From Candidatus Eiseniibacteriota bacterium (GTDB lineage Bacteria > Eisenbacteria > RBG-16-71-46 > JABDJR01): a stretch of DNA of 64,000 nucleotides. Below the pieces are notes generated by a model. That model saw only the letters and a list, made by a program, of their open reading frames with translations, had not been told where the DNA came from and did not search any database. The stretch covers positions 1,120,001-1,184,000 of the forward strand of contig CAWANH010000028.1 of assembly GCA_963783375.1 (NCBI GenBank), given 5' to 3'. Position 1 is the stretch's first letter. Every line of letters starts with the position of its first letter. This document shows, piece after piece, positions 37,575 to 48,097 of this stretch. The position numbers were made by a program, and so were the translations under genes.

Positions 37575-38914
37575 ATGACCGCCAGGATCGACCCATCGCT
37601 CTCATCCTCGTCCAGGACCGCTGAACCGACCCTCGTCGAGCGTTTTCGCGAGGTGCGGGCGCGGACCGAGGCCCTCTGCCGGCCGCTGGCCGTCGAGGAC
37701 TACGTGGTGCAGTCGATGCCCGAGGCCAGCCCGGCCAAGTGGCACCTGGCCCACACGAGCTGGTTCTTCGAGACCTTCGTGCTGGAACAGGGCGAGGATG
37801 GCTACAAGCCCTTCCAGCCGTTCTATCGCTACCTGTTCAACTCCTACTACAACACCGTGGGCCCCATGCACGAGCGGCCCCACCGGGGGCTCATCACCCG
37901 CCCCACCGTGGACGAGGTTCGCGCCTACCGTGAACACGTGGACCGTCACCTGATCGGATTCCTGGAGCGGGGCCATCCCGAGCGGGTGGCCGAGCTCCAT
38001 CCGGTGATCGTGGTGGGGCTCCATCACGAACAGCAGCATCAGGAACTGCTCCTCACCGATCTCAAGCACCTCTTCTCCATGAACCCGCTCCGTCCGGTCT
38101 ACCGGGAGACGCCTCCGGGAGACGCAGCTCCGGTCCCGGCACTGAAGTGGCTCGGCTTCGAGGAAGGTCTGCGCGAGATCGGGTTCACGGGATCCGGGTT
38201 CGCCTACGACAACGAGACCCCCCGACACCGGGAGTTCGTCCCCGCCTTCCGCATGGCCGACCGCCTGATCACCGCGGGGGAGTACCTCGAGTTCATGGAG
38301 GACGGCGGGTACGAGCGACCCGACCTGTGGCTCTCGGATGGGTGGGCGGTGGTGACCGACGAGGGCTGGCGGGCGCCCCTCTACTGGGAGCGGTCGGGGG
38401 ATCGCTGGCGCCAGTTCACCCTGGCCGGGCTCCGGGAGGTCCGCCCCGGGGAGCCGGTCTGCCACGTGAGCTACTACGAGGCCGACGCCTACGCGCGCTG
38501 GGCGGAGGCGCGCCTTCCGACCGAGGCGGAATGGGAGATCGCCGCGGATGGGGCGCCCATCCGGGGAAATTTCATCGAGTCCGACCACCTCCACCCCGCG
38601 CCGCTCGGCGACCGGGGGGAGCGGCGGTTCACGGTGCGACGGATCCCGCCGGATCTTCCGAACCGCCCGCGCCGGCCCAGCTCTTCGGGGACGCGTGGGA
38701 GTGGACCGAGAGCCCCTACTCGCCGTACCCCGGGTACCGGCCGCCCGCCGGAGCCCTCGGCGAGTACAACGGCAAGTTCATGATCAACCAGATGGTCCTA
38801 CGCGGGGGCTCCTGTTTCACCCCGGTCTCGCACATCCGGCCCACCTACCGGAACTTCTTCTCCCCCCGGACCCGCTGGCAGGTCTCGGGAATCCGGCTGG
38901 CCCGGGACGTCTAG
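37575..38914 (+). CDS. egtB: Ergothioneine sulfoxide synthase EgtB, frameshifted near 38614-38619 as assembled
   Basis: [42 protein letters not shown]; C-terminus [26 protein letters not shown] in the -1 frame; G6->G7 would fuse them. Confidence 0.88.
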
Positions 38915-38924
38915 GAGCCGGGAC

Positions 38925-39692
38925 ATGTGGACGGCGGGGCCGGTGGGCGAACTCTGGGTCGAGGACGGGGGGAAGGGGGAACCGGCCCTGCTCTTCGTTC
39001 ACGGCCTGGCCGGAGAGAACGGCCACTGGGCCGCCCAGCTCGAGCGCTTCCGCCCCGGGCGGCGGGCGGTCGCCTTCGATCTCCGCGCTCACGGTCGCTC
39101 CGATCCCGATCCCCGGAACCGGTACGCCGTCGAGGAGTTCGCCGGCGACGTGGCCTCGGTGGCCGATCGGCTGGGCCTGGGCCGGTTCGTGCTGGTCGTA
39201 CACAGCTTTGCCGGCCACATCGCGGGCATCGTCGCCGAACGCCACCCCGACCGGCTGGCCGGTCTGGTGCTGGTAGACCCGATGAACGATCTCCGGGGGC
39301 TGCCGGACGACAAGGCCCAGGCGTTTCTCCACGGCTTCTCCCCCGAGACGTATTCCCGGACCATGCGGGAGCGGTTCGAGGGGTTGCTGGAAGGGGCGCG
39401 CCCCACGACCCGGGGCCGGGTGCTCCGCGGGGTGCGCACGCTTCCGCGGGAGGTGGCGTCCACGCTCTATCGTGAGGCGCTCGAGCACGACCCGGTCACC
39501 CCGCTCCGCCTCTCCAAGGCCCCGAAGCTCGCGGTGGTGTGCGAGGCGCGGGACGCCGATCCGCGCGCGCTCCACCGCCTGATGCCCGATCTCCCGGCCC
39601 GGGTGGTGGGCGGGACGAGCCACTGGATCATGCTGGACGATCCCGAGGGCCTGAACCGGATCCTGGCCGAGTTTCTGGGCGCGCTGCAGTAG
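38925..39692 (+). CDS. Alpha/beta hydrolase
   Basis: FVHG, DLRAHGRS, HSFAG nucleophile elbow, terminal HW...D.P. Confidence 0.85.
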   Translation: MWTAGPVGELWVEDGGKGEPALLFVHGLAGENGHWAAQLERFRPGRRAVAFDLRAHGRSDPDPRNRYAVEEFAGDVASVADRLGLGRFVLVVHSFAGHIAGIVAERHPDRLAGLVLVDPMNDLRGLPDDKAQAFLHGFSPETYSRTMRERFEGLLEGARPTTRGRVLRGVRTLPREVASTLYREALEHDPVTPLRLSKAPKLAVVCEARDADPRALHRLMPDLPARVVGGTSHWIMLDDPEGLNRILAEFLGALQ

Positions 39693-39771
39693 GGCGGCGC
39701 CCGGCGGCATCGTGTCGAACCCGGCGAGCCCCGGGTCCCGTCGCGGCCCCGGACGGCCTTGGGGAACCCCC

Positions 39772-40929
39772 CTACCCGCTCACCCGGATCGAGCCGCTCC
39801 CGGTGTCCAGGGTCACCCCGGCCTCGCCGTCCCCGATCTTGAACTTGAGATCGTCGTGGGATGAGCGCCGGACCCCGTCGTCGGGGAAGTCCACCCGGAT
39901 CCCGCCGCTCCCCGCGGAGGCGTCCACGGTGGCCGAGGCATCCTTGGGCACCCGGAGGTCGATGGAGCCGCTCCCGGTGTCGAGGACGAACCTGCCGTTC
40001 CCCATGTGGGTGAGGTCCAGGGTGATGCTCCCGCTCCCGGTGTCGAGCTTGGCCGCCTCGGTGGAGATGCCGGTGGCGTCGATGGAGCCGCTTCCGGTGT
40101 CCACGTACAGGTAATCGCAGGTGGCGTCGCGGAGGGTGACGCGACCGGAGCCGGTGTCGGCGGAGATCCGGTCCCCCCGGCAGCCGGTCAAGTCCACGTG
40201 GCCGCTCCCGGTATCCACCAGGAGCTCGCCCGAGACGCCCTCGGCGGTGACGGAGCCGCTCCCGGTGTCCAGGTCGACGCTTCCTTCCACGTCCTTCACC
40301 GTCACCGAACCGCTTCCGGTATCGACGATCAGATCACCGTGGATCGAGGACGCGTTCACGCGACCCACGTGGGTGTCCAGGTTGAGCTTCCCCTTCACGT
40401 TCCGTGCGGTCACCGCTCCCGCCCCGTGACGGAGCACCAGCTCCTTCCCCTCCGGCACCTTCACCGTGATGTCGGCCCAGATCTCGAGACCGTGGCCGTC
40501 CCCCGAGACCTCGATCTGCTTTCCCGCGATCGCCCCGAAGACCTGCTTCAACCACGACTCGTCCTCTCCGCTGCTGCTCATCCGAAAGGTGGATCGGGAC
40601 CGGCGCCCCATCTCGGGGTAGACGTAGCGGGTGCTCTCCTCGAGGGGAAAGCGCACCAGAAGCGACGCGGTCCCCCCCTCGTGGGTCTCGATCTTCACCC
40701 GCTCCCGGGTGGCGTCGTCCCCGCGGACCGCGACGTCCACGCTGAAGGTGCTGGAGTTCCCGCCCTCGATCCGGACCGCCCCGATCAGGTTGGTGATCTC
40801 GAGCTTGGAGCCTTCGAGGGTCGCGTGCTCGTCGAACCCCGCCCAGGCCGGCCGGGGGACGGACATCAGGGTCGAAACCGCCAGAACGGCAAGCGGCACA
40901 ATGAAATGAAGACGGTTTAAACGCGACAT
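39772..40929 (-). CDS. DUF4097-like beta-strand repeat secreted protein
   Basis: Signal peptide; repeated DTGSG(S/H/R)(V/I) units. Confidence 0.85.
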   Translation of the reverse strand: MSRLNRLHFIVPLAVLAVSTLMSVPRPAWAGFDEHATLEGSKLEITNLIGAVRIEGGNSSTFSVDVAVRGDDATRERVKIETHEGGTASLLVRFPLEESTRYVYPEMGRRSRSTFRMSSSGEDESWLKQVFGAIAGKQIEVSGDGHGLEIWADITVKVPEGKELVLRHGAGAVTARNVKGKLNLDTHVGRVNASSIHGDLIVDTGSGSVTVKDVEGSVDLDTGSGSVTAEGVSGELLVDTGSGHVDLTGCRGDRISADTGSGRVTLRDATCDYLYVDTGSGSIDATGISTEAAKLDTGSGSITLDLTHMGNGRFVLDTGSGSIDLRVPKDASATVDASAGSGGIRVDFPDDGVRRSSHDDLKFKIGDGEAGVTLDTGSGSIRVSG

Positions 40930-41203
40930 GACACCTCTCCCGGGGTTGGGGCTCACGGTTGCCGCCCGAGGGGTGGGCGGCGACTCCCATGGTGAGACGC
41001 CGGGGGGCGCCCGATCGTTTACATCCCGATGGTGCGGGCGGGACGGGTCACGGCGGGCGACCCCTCCGGGTCCCTCCGCTCCCAACTACGAGGCTCCGGC
41101 GCGGGGGGTTGCAGGGGAATCGGCCCGTCCGCGCCCGGGCCCACGCCGGCCGCACCGGGCCCGGGCCTCCCGCGGCGACTCCGCGACGCCGCGCCCCCCT
41201 CGC

Positions 41204-43201
41204 CTACCGCACCTCCGCGCTCGATCCCGGCACCGCCTTCCACGGCTCGACCCGGCCGCCCAGGTACCGTCCCAGGAACTCCTCGACCCGCCCGTTGAAG
41301 TCCAGGTTGTTCTCGGGGCGCGCGAACCCGTGCCCCTCGTCGGGATAGACCACGAACGTGACCGGGAGCTTCCGCTTCCGCATCGCCGCCACGATGGTCT
41401 CGGATTCCGGGAGCGTCACCCGGGGATCGTTGGCCCCGTGCCCGATCAGGAGCGGCGCCCGGATGGCGTCCACGTGGAAGAACGGGGAGATCCGGCGGTT
41501 CAGCTCGGCATCGTTCTCGACGTCCCCCACCCGGCGCTTCCAGCGGGTTCTCCGGACCTCCCAGTAGGGGGGCATGGAGTGGAACAGCGTGGCCACGTTG
41601 GAGGGACCCACGAGATCCACCGCGCAGACATAGAGATCGGGAGTGAAGGTGATCCCGGCCAGGGTGGCGTAGCCGCCGTAGGAACCGCCCATGATGGCGA
41701 TACGGGCGGGGTCGGCGATCCCCCGCTCCACCGCCCAGCCCACCGCGTCGGTGAGGTCGTTCTGCATGCCCCCCACTCCCCACTGGCGGGTGGACGCGTT
41801 CAGGTACGATTTCCCGTAGCCGGTCGAACCCCGGAAGTTCACCTGGAGCACCGCGTACCCGCGGTTGGCCAGGTGCTGGACGTCGGCGCGGAAGTCCCAG
41901 TCATCGCGGGCCCAGGGGCCGCCGTGGACGTAGAGCACCATGGGGAGCTTCTCCGGCTCCACGCCGAGGGGAAGGGTGAGGTAGCCGGGAATCAGCCGCC
42001 CGTCCCGGGAGGTGAAGGTGATGGGTTTCATGGGGGCCATCGGGTAGCCGGCCAGCCCGGGCACGCTCTCGAAGATCAGGCTCGCCTTCCGGCTTGACCG
42101 GTCGTAGAGGTACCAGGCCGGGGGGACGGTGTCGGACCAGGTCTTCACCACCCATCGCTCGTCGTCGCGGTCGCGGCTCCCGATGGTGAAGGCCCCGGGG
42201 GAGAGCTTCCGGAGCGCATGGAAGTCGGGTTCGATCACCGGATCCAGCACCCGCCACTCGGGAACCAGGTAATCGAAGCCCACCGCCTGGGGGGCGCCGG
42301 TCGCGGGATCGAGCATGACCTGCGGCACCCACCAGATGTTCCACACATCCGACCGCCCGTCCGAGGCCACCTCGCGGATCTCGCGCCCGGTGGCCGTGTC
42401 GAGCACCACCAGCCGCGACATGTCGCCGCCCATGAAGGTCTGAACGTAGAGGCCGGCGCCGTCGGCGGTGAACCCGAGGATCTTCTTGTAGAGGACGCTC
42501 CCGGCCTCGGTGAAGGGCCAGCGGGCGACGTCGCGCCACGGCTCGCCGGGAGCGGACCGCACCCGGATGACGGTGTCGCTGGTCCCGGGGTCCAGGGCCA
42601 CCGCCGCCCGGACCCGGAATTCGCGGTCCACCGCCCACTCGGTGACGTCGCCGGGGTTCTCCACTTCGGTCTCCGCGGCGCCGTCGGCCAGCCTCACCCG
42701 CACCAGGTCGAAGACGGAGGGGTCGCGCCGGTTCATCGACACCAGGACCTCGTCGGGATGGTTCCGGTCGGTAAGCACATCCTGGACCGAGACGCCGGGA
42801 AACGGCGTGATATCGCGAACCTCTCCCGAGGCCAGGTCGCTCGCGTAGAGGTGCCAGTCCTCGTCGCCCCCCTGATCCTGGACGTAGAGCAGGTGGCGGC
42901 TGTCCTCGGCCCAGAGAACCTCGTAGATTCCCCGGTGGCGGTCGTCGGTGGCCATCTGCGGCTCGTCCCGCCCCACCGGCCGCACCCAGATGTTGGATAC
43001 CCCCTCCGGTGAAGGGGCGAGGTAGGCCAGGAGCCGACCGTCGGGGGAGATGGCGGGCTCGGACCGCTCCGGATTCCCGAAGAGAAGCGCCCGGGGGATG
43101 AGCTCGGGCGAGGCGGCCGCCGCGGACTCCGGGGCCCGGGGGAGCGCGCAGAGGACCAGGGCAAAGGGGATCAAGCGGAGCGGCGAGCGGTGATCGGCCA
43201 T
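41204..43201 (-). CDS. S9 family peptidase (prolyl oligopeptidase clan)
   Basis: LIPR..LFGNP, VHGGPW, NFRGSTGYG, GGSYGG, ND.RV, DEGHG. Confidence 0.93.
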   Translation of the reverse strand: MADHRSPLRLIPFALVLCALPRAPESAAAASPELIPRALLFGNPERSEPAISPDGRLLAYLAPSPEGVSNIWVRPVGRDEPQMATDDRHRGIYEVLWAEDSRHLLYVQDQGGDEDWHLYASDLASGEVRDITPFPGVSVQDVLTDRNHPDEVLVSMNRRDPSVFDLVRVRLADGAAETEVENPGDVTEWAVDREFRVRAAVALDPGTSDTVIRVRSAPGEPWRDVARWPFTEAGSVLYKKILGFTADGAGLYVQTFMGGDMSRLVVLDTATGREIREVASDGRSDVWNIWWVPQVMLDPATGAPQAVGFDYLVPEWRVLDPVIEPDFHALRKLSPGAFTIGSRDRDDERWVVKTWSDTVPPAWYLYDRSSRKASLIFESVPGLAGYPMAPMKPITFTSRDGRLIPGYLTLPLGVEPEKLPMVLYVHGGPWARDDWDFRADVQHLANRGYAVLQVNFRGSTGYGKSYLNASTRQWGVGGMQNDLTDAVGWAVERGIADPARIAIMGGSYGGYATLAGITFTPDLYVCAVDLVGPSNVATLFHSMPPYWEVRRTRWKRRVGDVENDAELNRRISPFFHVDAIRAPLLIGHGANDPRVTLPESETIVAAMRKRKLPVTFVVYPDEGHGFARPENNLDFNGRVEEFLGRYLGGRVEPWKAVPGSSAEVR

Positions 43202-43484
43202 GACGGGCTCCTCATAGGGTCAGGGGGGATAGGGACAGCCGAGGTCGCCCCGGTTGGACCGTGCAGATGCTCCCATCCCCCGTGGCCCTGGGCAAGCGGT
43301 TCCGCCGGCCCGGGAGACGGTTCCCGGCAAGCGGCTCCGCCGGCCTTTAACCCGCACGCCCCGGGAGCTAGAATAGGGGCCTTACCGTGCCGTTCCGGGG
43401 AGGCTGATCCCGGGATCCGCGTTCGGCTCCGCCGCGCGCCGGACGCGACGTCCCGATTCCGCCCCCGCGGGGAAGGAGGAGGTC

Positions 43485-43802
43485 ATGGACTGGCATGAAC
43501 TGGAGAAGATGAAGGTCACCGATCTTCGCGAGCTGGCCAAGGAGAAGACCCAGCTCGAGGGACTCTCCGGGCTCCACAAGGACCAGCTGGTGGAGGCGAT
43601 CGCTCACGACCTGGGGATCGAGAAACCTCACAAGGTGGTTCACGGGGCTCAGAAGACCAAGATCAAGCAGGCGATCCGGGCAGCCAAGGCCAGGCGGGGC
43701 GAGGCCGAGGCCTCGAAGAACCGCGCCGCCTACACCGAGGCGCGCCTGGAACTCCGCAAACTCCGCCGCCGGCTCCGGCGAATGGCCCAGGTGGAGGGCT
43801 AG
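43485..43802 (+). CDS. Rho-N/HeH-like small basic protein
   Basis: L.KMKV.DLRELAK......LSGL.K.QLV.AI; AGGAGGAGG RBS. Confidence 0.75.
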   Translation: MDWHELEKMKVTDLRELAKEKTQLEGLSGLHKDQLVEAIAHDLGIEKPHKVVHGAQKTKIKQAIRAAKARRGEAEASKNRAAYTEARLELRKLRRRLRRMAQVEG

Positions 43803-44410
43803 CCCGCCCCGCCCGGCCATTCCCCGGCGAGCGCGTCCTCCAGGCGCTCCCGCATGTGCGCGAGGTGCGTCCCCTCCCAGTAGATCCTCCGGCACCGGGG
43901 GCAGCGGAAAAACGTGCGGTGGTGGGCGTGGACGAAGGGAGGGATCCGCCCCGCCGCCTTCTCGCGCGGGATCGAAACCAGCGCCTGGTTGCACAGGGTG
44001 CACCGGGTGGGGGTCCGGCCGCGCCAGTGCAGGCCCAGGGCGTCCACCACCTGGCGGAGCTGGGCCAGGGGCCGGTCCGCCTCGATCAGGATCGCGTCGG
44101 GGAGGCGGTAGCGGGCGGGGATCCCGCGGTCTCGGGTGAGCAGGATGCGCCCTCCCCGCAGCGCCCGGCGCGCCAGCTCCGGGTCGTCCACCGCCGGGTC
44201 GTACTCGGTGTCGTATCCGAGGAGCCGGAGCCAGCGGGCGAGCCGCCCCAGCATGGCATCGGCGATGAAGCGCGGCTCGCCGTGGCGGGGGACGGCGCGC
44301 CCCGCCCCGTCCCGCTCCACGCGCGCGCCGCAGGTGCAGGTGATCGCGCGGCCGAACTGGAAGAGGGTCACGTCGTAGTTCCGGCCGCAGCGCGGACAGA
44401 CGATGGCCAT
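43799..44410 (-). CDS. Mut7-C RNase domain protein with N-terminal Cys ribbon
   Basis: FIADAMLGRLARWLRLLGYD, RILLTRD, RC..CN, C..C.RIYW.GTH. Confidence 0.9.
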   Translation of the reverse strand: MAIVCPRCGRNYDVTLFQFGRAITCTCGARVERDGAGRAVPRHGEPRFIADAMLGRLARWLRLLGYDTEYDPAVDDPELARRALRGGRILLTRDRGIPARYRLPDAILIEADRPLAQLRQVVDALGLHWRGRTPTRCTLCNQALVSIPREKAAGRIPPFVHAHHRTFFRCPRCRRIYWEGTHLAHMRERLEDALAGEWPGGAG

Positions 44411-44557
44411 GACGATCCCAGTATAGACCGGGCCGCGGGGGGCCTCCCGCCGCCGGCTTCCCCGAACGGGTTCCCTTCGGCTAAGGTGATAGCTGCAGTC
44501 CCGTTTCCGCATGCATGGATTCGGCGGGAGCGGTTCCCGTCACCCAGGAGGATACCC

Positions 44558-45019
44558 ATGAAATCGACCCTGTTGATCGCCGCCGCGCTGGGCGTCGCGC
44601 TCTCCGCCGCGCCCCTCGCCGCCCAGGAGCACCCCGAGCACCCCACCGACACGCCGATGACCAAGGAAGTGGAGCTCACCAAGGACTCCCTGGCCGATGC
44701 CATCCAGAGCTGGGTGAACGACCAGTCCAAGCTCCTCGGCGGCTATTTCCTCTACTACGACGCCGAGGCCAGGCAGCCCCTGGCGCTGACCCTGGACCAC
44801 GTTCACCGCGAGCGGGTGGCCAGCCTGGGGAACGACGTCTACTTCGCCTGCGCCGACTTCAAGGAAAAGGGCGGGAAGATGTACGACATCGACGTGTTCA
44901 TGAAGGACCAGGACGGCGAGCTGGTCCCCACCGACGTCTCCGTCCACAAGGTCGAGGGAGTTCCGCGCTACACCTGGGCCGAGGAGAACGGCGTCTGGAT
45001 GAAGAAGCCGGCGAAGTAA
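44558..45019 (+). CDS. Secreted hypothetical protein (EHPEHP N-terminus)
   Basis: AGGAGG RBS, signal peptide, YFACADF......YD.D.F, HKV.G..RY.W. Confidence 0.8.
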   Translation: MKSTLLIAAALGVALSAAPLAAQEHPEHPTDTPMTKEVELTKDSLADAIQSWVNDQSKLLGGYFLYYDAEARQPLALTLDHVHRERVASLGNDVYFACADFKEKGGKMYDIDVFMKDQDGELVPTDVSVHKVEGVPRYTWAEENGVWMKKPAK

Positions 45020-45105
45020 TCCGCTCGCCGCGCCCCGTCCCGGCGGCGGGAGCGCGGCGATTCCGCTCCGCCCGCCGCGCCTCCCCATCGAAGGTGGGGG
45101 GTGCG

Positions 45106-46320
45106 GTGAGGCGCCGGGCCCGGCCGGGCGGTGGCGCTGGGCCCCTGCCTCGCTCTCACCGCGTGCACCGCCGGCCCCCGAAGCGCGGTTCCGACGTGCC
45201 CTCGCCGGCGGCGGCGGGAAGCGGCGAGCCGAACCTCGCGGCGGGCGGGGACGGCGCGCTCTACCTGAGCTGGCTCGAACCGTTCCCCGAAGGGGGCACC
45301 GCCCTTCGGTTCGCCCGCTGGACCGGGGAAGGCTGGTCGAAGCCTCGGACGGTGGCCCACGGCGGCGACTGGTTCGTGAACTGGGCCGACGTGCCGGCGA
45401 TGAACGCCCTCGCCGACGGAACCCTCGCCGCCTCCTGGCTGGAGAAGGTCCCCGGGGACCTCTATGCCTACGGCATCCGGATCGCGCTGTCCCATGACGG
45501 CGGCGACACCTGGAGCGCGCCGGTGATCCCGCATCGGGACACCACCCTCACCGAGCACGGCTTCGTCTCCATGGCGCCGGTGGGGCCCGACCGGTTCGGC
45601 GTGGCCTGGCTCGACGGGAGGGAGACCGGGGGCGGGGAGGAGGACTCGACCCTGGGGCCGATGACCCTCCGCTACGCCACCGTGGACCGCGACGGGCGGC
45701 TGGGGGACGAGACCCTGCTCGACGCCCGGGTCTGCGATTGCTGCGGCACCGACCTGGTGCTCCTGGCCGGCGGCTCCCCCGCGGTCTTCTACCGCGACCG
45801 TTCGGAGGACGAGACCCGGGACATCGCGGTGGTGCGAAGGGCCGGGGAGGCGTGGACCGAGCCTGCGCCGGTTCACGCCGACGGCTGGAAGATCGCCGGG
45901 TGTCCGGTGAACGGGCCCGCCGCGGCCTCGGCGGACGATCGCCTGGCGGTGGCCTGGTACACCGCCCCCGGGGGCGAGCGCGGGCGGGTGCGGTGCGCCT
46001 TTTCATCGGACCGGGGCCGGACCTTCGGCGCGCCGGTCGAGCTCAGCGACGGCGATCCGCTCGGCCGGATGGGGGTGGTTCTCGACCCGGACGGGGCCGC
46101 ACGCGTCTCCTGGCTCGAGAGCGGCGGCGAGGGGGTCGCGGCGATCCACCTCCGCCGGGTGGCCGCGAACGGCGTTCCCGAACCGGTCCGGGTGGGGCCG
46201 GCGATGAGCGCCGAGCGGGGGAGCGGCTTTCCCCGGCTCGCGCGCTGGAAGGACCAGGTGGTTCTGGCCTGGACCGAACTCGGCGACAGCTCCCGGGTCC
46301 GGACCGCGCGGTTGCGCTGA
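45106..46320 (+). CDS. BNR/Asp-box (sialidase-like) beta-propeller protein; 5' end probably frameshifted
   Basis: WFVNWAD.P, S.DGG.TWS, EHGFVS, CDCC, W.I.GCPVNGP, S.D.G.TF; lipobox-like CLALTAC lies in another frame at ~45131-45166. Confidence 0.75.
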   Translation: MRRRARPGGGAGPLPRSHRVHRRPPKRGSDVPSPAAAGSGEPNLAAGGDGALYLSWLEPFPEGGTALRFARWTGEGWSKPRTVAHGGDWFVNWADVPAMNALADGTLAASWLEKVPGDLYAYGIRIALSHDGGDTWSAPVIPHRDTTLTEHGFVSMAPVGPDRFGVAWLDGRETGGGEEDSTLGPMTLRYATVDRDGRLGDETLLDARVCDCCGTDLVLLAGGSPAVFYRDRSEDETRDIAVVRRAGEAWTEPAPVHADGWKIAGCPVNGPAAASADDRLAVAWYTAPGGERGRVRCAFSSDRGRTFGAPVELSDGDPLGRMGVVLDPDGAARVSWLESGGEGVAAIHLRRVAANGVPEPVRVGPAMSAERGSGFPRLARWKDQVVLAWTELGDSSRVRTARLR

Positions 46321-46325
46321 GCCGC

Positions 46326-47234
46326 TCAGGATGAGGCGGCGGGGCCTCGGACCGGTGCGGAGCGGCGCGGGAGCTGCACCGCGGTGACCCCCGCCAGGAC
46401 CAGGATGCCCCCGAACACCACCTGCCACGACGGCATGTCCCCGAAGGCCAGCCAGGCCAGGAACGCGGTGACCGGGGCCTGGAGGTTGGTGAAGACCGCC
46501 ACCTGGCTCGCCTCCAGCCGCCGGAGCGCGTAGTACCAGAGGGTGAAGGCCACCCCGCTGGTCATCGCGCAGAGGTAGAGGAGTTCGAGCCAGCCCCGGA
46601 GCCCCGGGTCGGCGGGGTGGAAACCGCGCCACGCCCAGGGGGTGAAGGGGAGGGCGAAGAGCGCGGCGAAGCCGAAGGCATAGGTGATCACGGTGAACGG
46701 ATCGTAGCGGCGAAGGACGTCCTTCCCGGCCAGGGTGTAGCCCGCCCACGCGATCACCGCGAGGAGGATCAACAGGTCGCCCCGCATGGGGGCGGCGGAG
46801 AGTTCGAGGCCCCGCGCGGTGAGCACCAGCACCACCCCGGCCACCGCCAACGCCACCCCCGCGCCCTTCCGCGGCCCCACCCGCTCCTTCGACATGGCCA
46901 CCGCGCCGGCCAGGACCAGGACCGGGGTGAAGGCGTAGAGGAGAGCGGCATGGAGCGGGGTGGAGAGATGGATCCCGAAGATGAAGAGCACCTGGTTCAG
47001 GCACACCCCCAGGAACCCGATCAGCGCGAAGCCCGGGAGGTCCGCCCGGCGGGGGCGCGGCCGTCCGCGGTGGGTGGCCGCGTACACCGTCCAGACCAGG
47101 ATCCCGCTCACCATGATCCGGAACCAGGCGAGCTGAAGGGGCGTGAAGAGCGAGGTGGCGTCCTTGGCCACCAGAAAGGTGCCGGCGGCGATCAGGGTCT
47201 GGCCGGATGCGGCGAGGTAGGCCCAGCGCTTCAC
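46326..47234 (-). CDS. DMT/EamA family transporter
   Basis: Two EamA halves, ~10 TM segments. Confidence 0.9.
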   Translation of the reverse strand: MKRWAYLAASGQTLIAAGTFLVAKDATSLFTPLQLAWFRIMVSGILVWTVYAATHRGRPRPRRADLPGFALIGFLGVCLNQVLFIFGIHLSTPLHAALLYAFTPVLVLAGAVAMSKERVGPRKGAGVALAVAGVVLVLTARGLELSAAPMRGDLLILLAVIAWAGYTLAGKDVLRRYDPFTVITYAFGFAALFALPFTPWAWRGFHPADPGLRGWLELLYLCAMTSGVAFTLWYYALRRLEASQVAVFTNLQAPVTAFLAWLAFGDMPSWQVVFGGILVLAGVTAVQLPRRSAPVRGPAASS

Positions 47235-47350
47235 GCGTTCTCCCGAGGTGGCGGCGCGGGCCGGGGAAGGGCGGAGCGCCGAACGAGCGGAAAAGGGTAG
47301 CACGGGTCGCCCGGGCCGACCTCCGGCCTTCCTGCTATCCTCCCCGGACC

Positions 47351-47971
47351 ATGAAACCGACCTTCCCGTGGGCGGATCCCCTGGAGGGGCTCCCGCTCCG
47401 CTTCGCCACCCCGCCCGCCTGGGTGGAAACCGCCCGGGCCAATTTGGATGCGCTCCTGGTCGATCACGCCCACTGCGAGGAGAAGGCGGCGAGCCAGGCC
47501 CTGGCCCTGATCGGGCGTTTTCCCGAGCACCCGGGGCTCGCGCGCGGGATGATCGCCCTGGCCCACGAGGAGATGCGCCACTTCCGCCAGGTGCTGGACC
47601 GGCTGGAGGAGCGCGGCGGCCGGCTCACCAAGCCCCTTCCGGACCGCTACGTGCGCGCGCTTCGCGAATGGGGGTTCCGCCATCGGGGGGGGATCGGGGC
47701 CCTGGGGGACCTGCTCCTGGTGAGCGCCTTCGTGGAGGCGCGTTCCTGCGAGCGCTTCCGGGTCCTGGCCGAGGGGCTGGCCGGGGACGAACCGGAACTC
47801 GCGCAGTTCTATCTGCGTTTGGCCGACGCCGAGGGGCGCCACTGGGAACTGTTTCGGGACCTGGCCTACGAGGCCGGGTCGAAGCGGGCGGTCGGAGAGC
47901 GCCTGGCCGAGATGGCCGAGGCCGAGGCGGCGATCGTCCGGGAGCGGCCGATCGAGCCGCGGATGCACTAG
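47351..47971 (+). CDS. miaE: tRNA-(ms2io6A) hydroxylase MiaE
   Basis: DHAHCEEKAA, EEMRHF, EARSCERF, EGRH, terminal RMH. Confidence 0.9.
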   Translation: MKPTFPWADPLEGLPLRFATPPAWVETARANLDALLVDHAHCEEKAASQALALIGRFPEHPGLARGMIALAHEEMRHFRQVLDRLEERGGRLTKPLPDRYVRALREWGFRHRGGIGALGDLLLVSAFVEARSCERFRVLAEGLAGDEPELAQFYLRLADAEGRHWELFRDLAYEAGSKRAVGERLAEMAEAEAAIVRERPIEPRMH

Positions 47972-48097
47972 CGCTTCGCCTGCTTGCCGGCGGCCTACGT
48001 TACAATAATCGGCCTAGTTAACCCATTGATAAATATGCAGATACCCGGGTAAACTCCGGGGCGGGCCGACACTCGCGACCCCGCCACGTTCGCCCGG

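Noticed and set aside
45107-45109. TGA as possible selenocysteine codon given the sen genes
   Set aside because: Not at a Cys-equivalent catalytic site and no supportable SECIS; better explained by local indels
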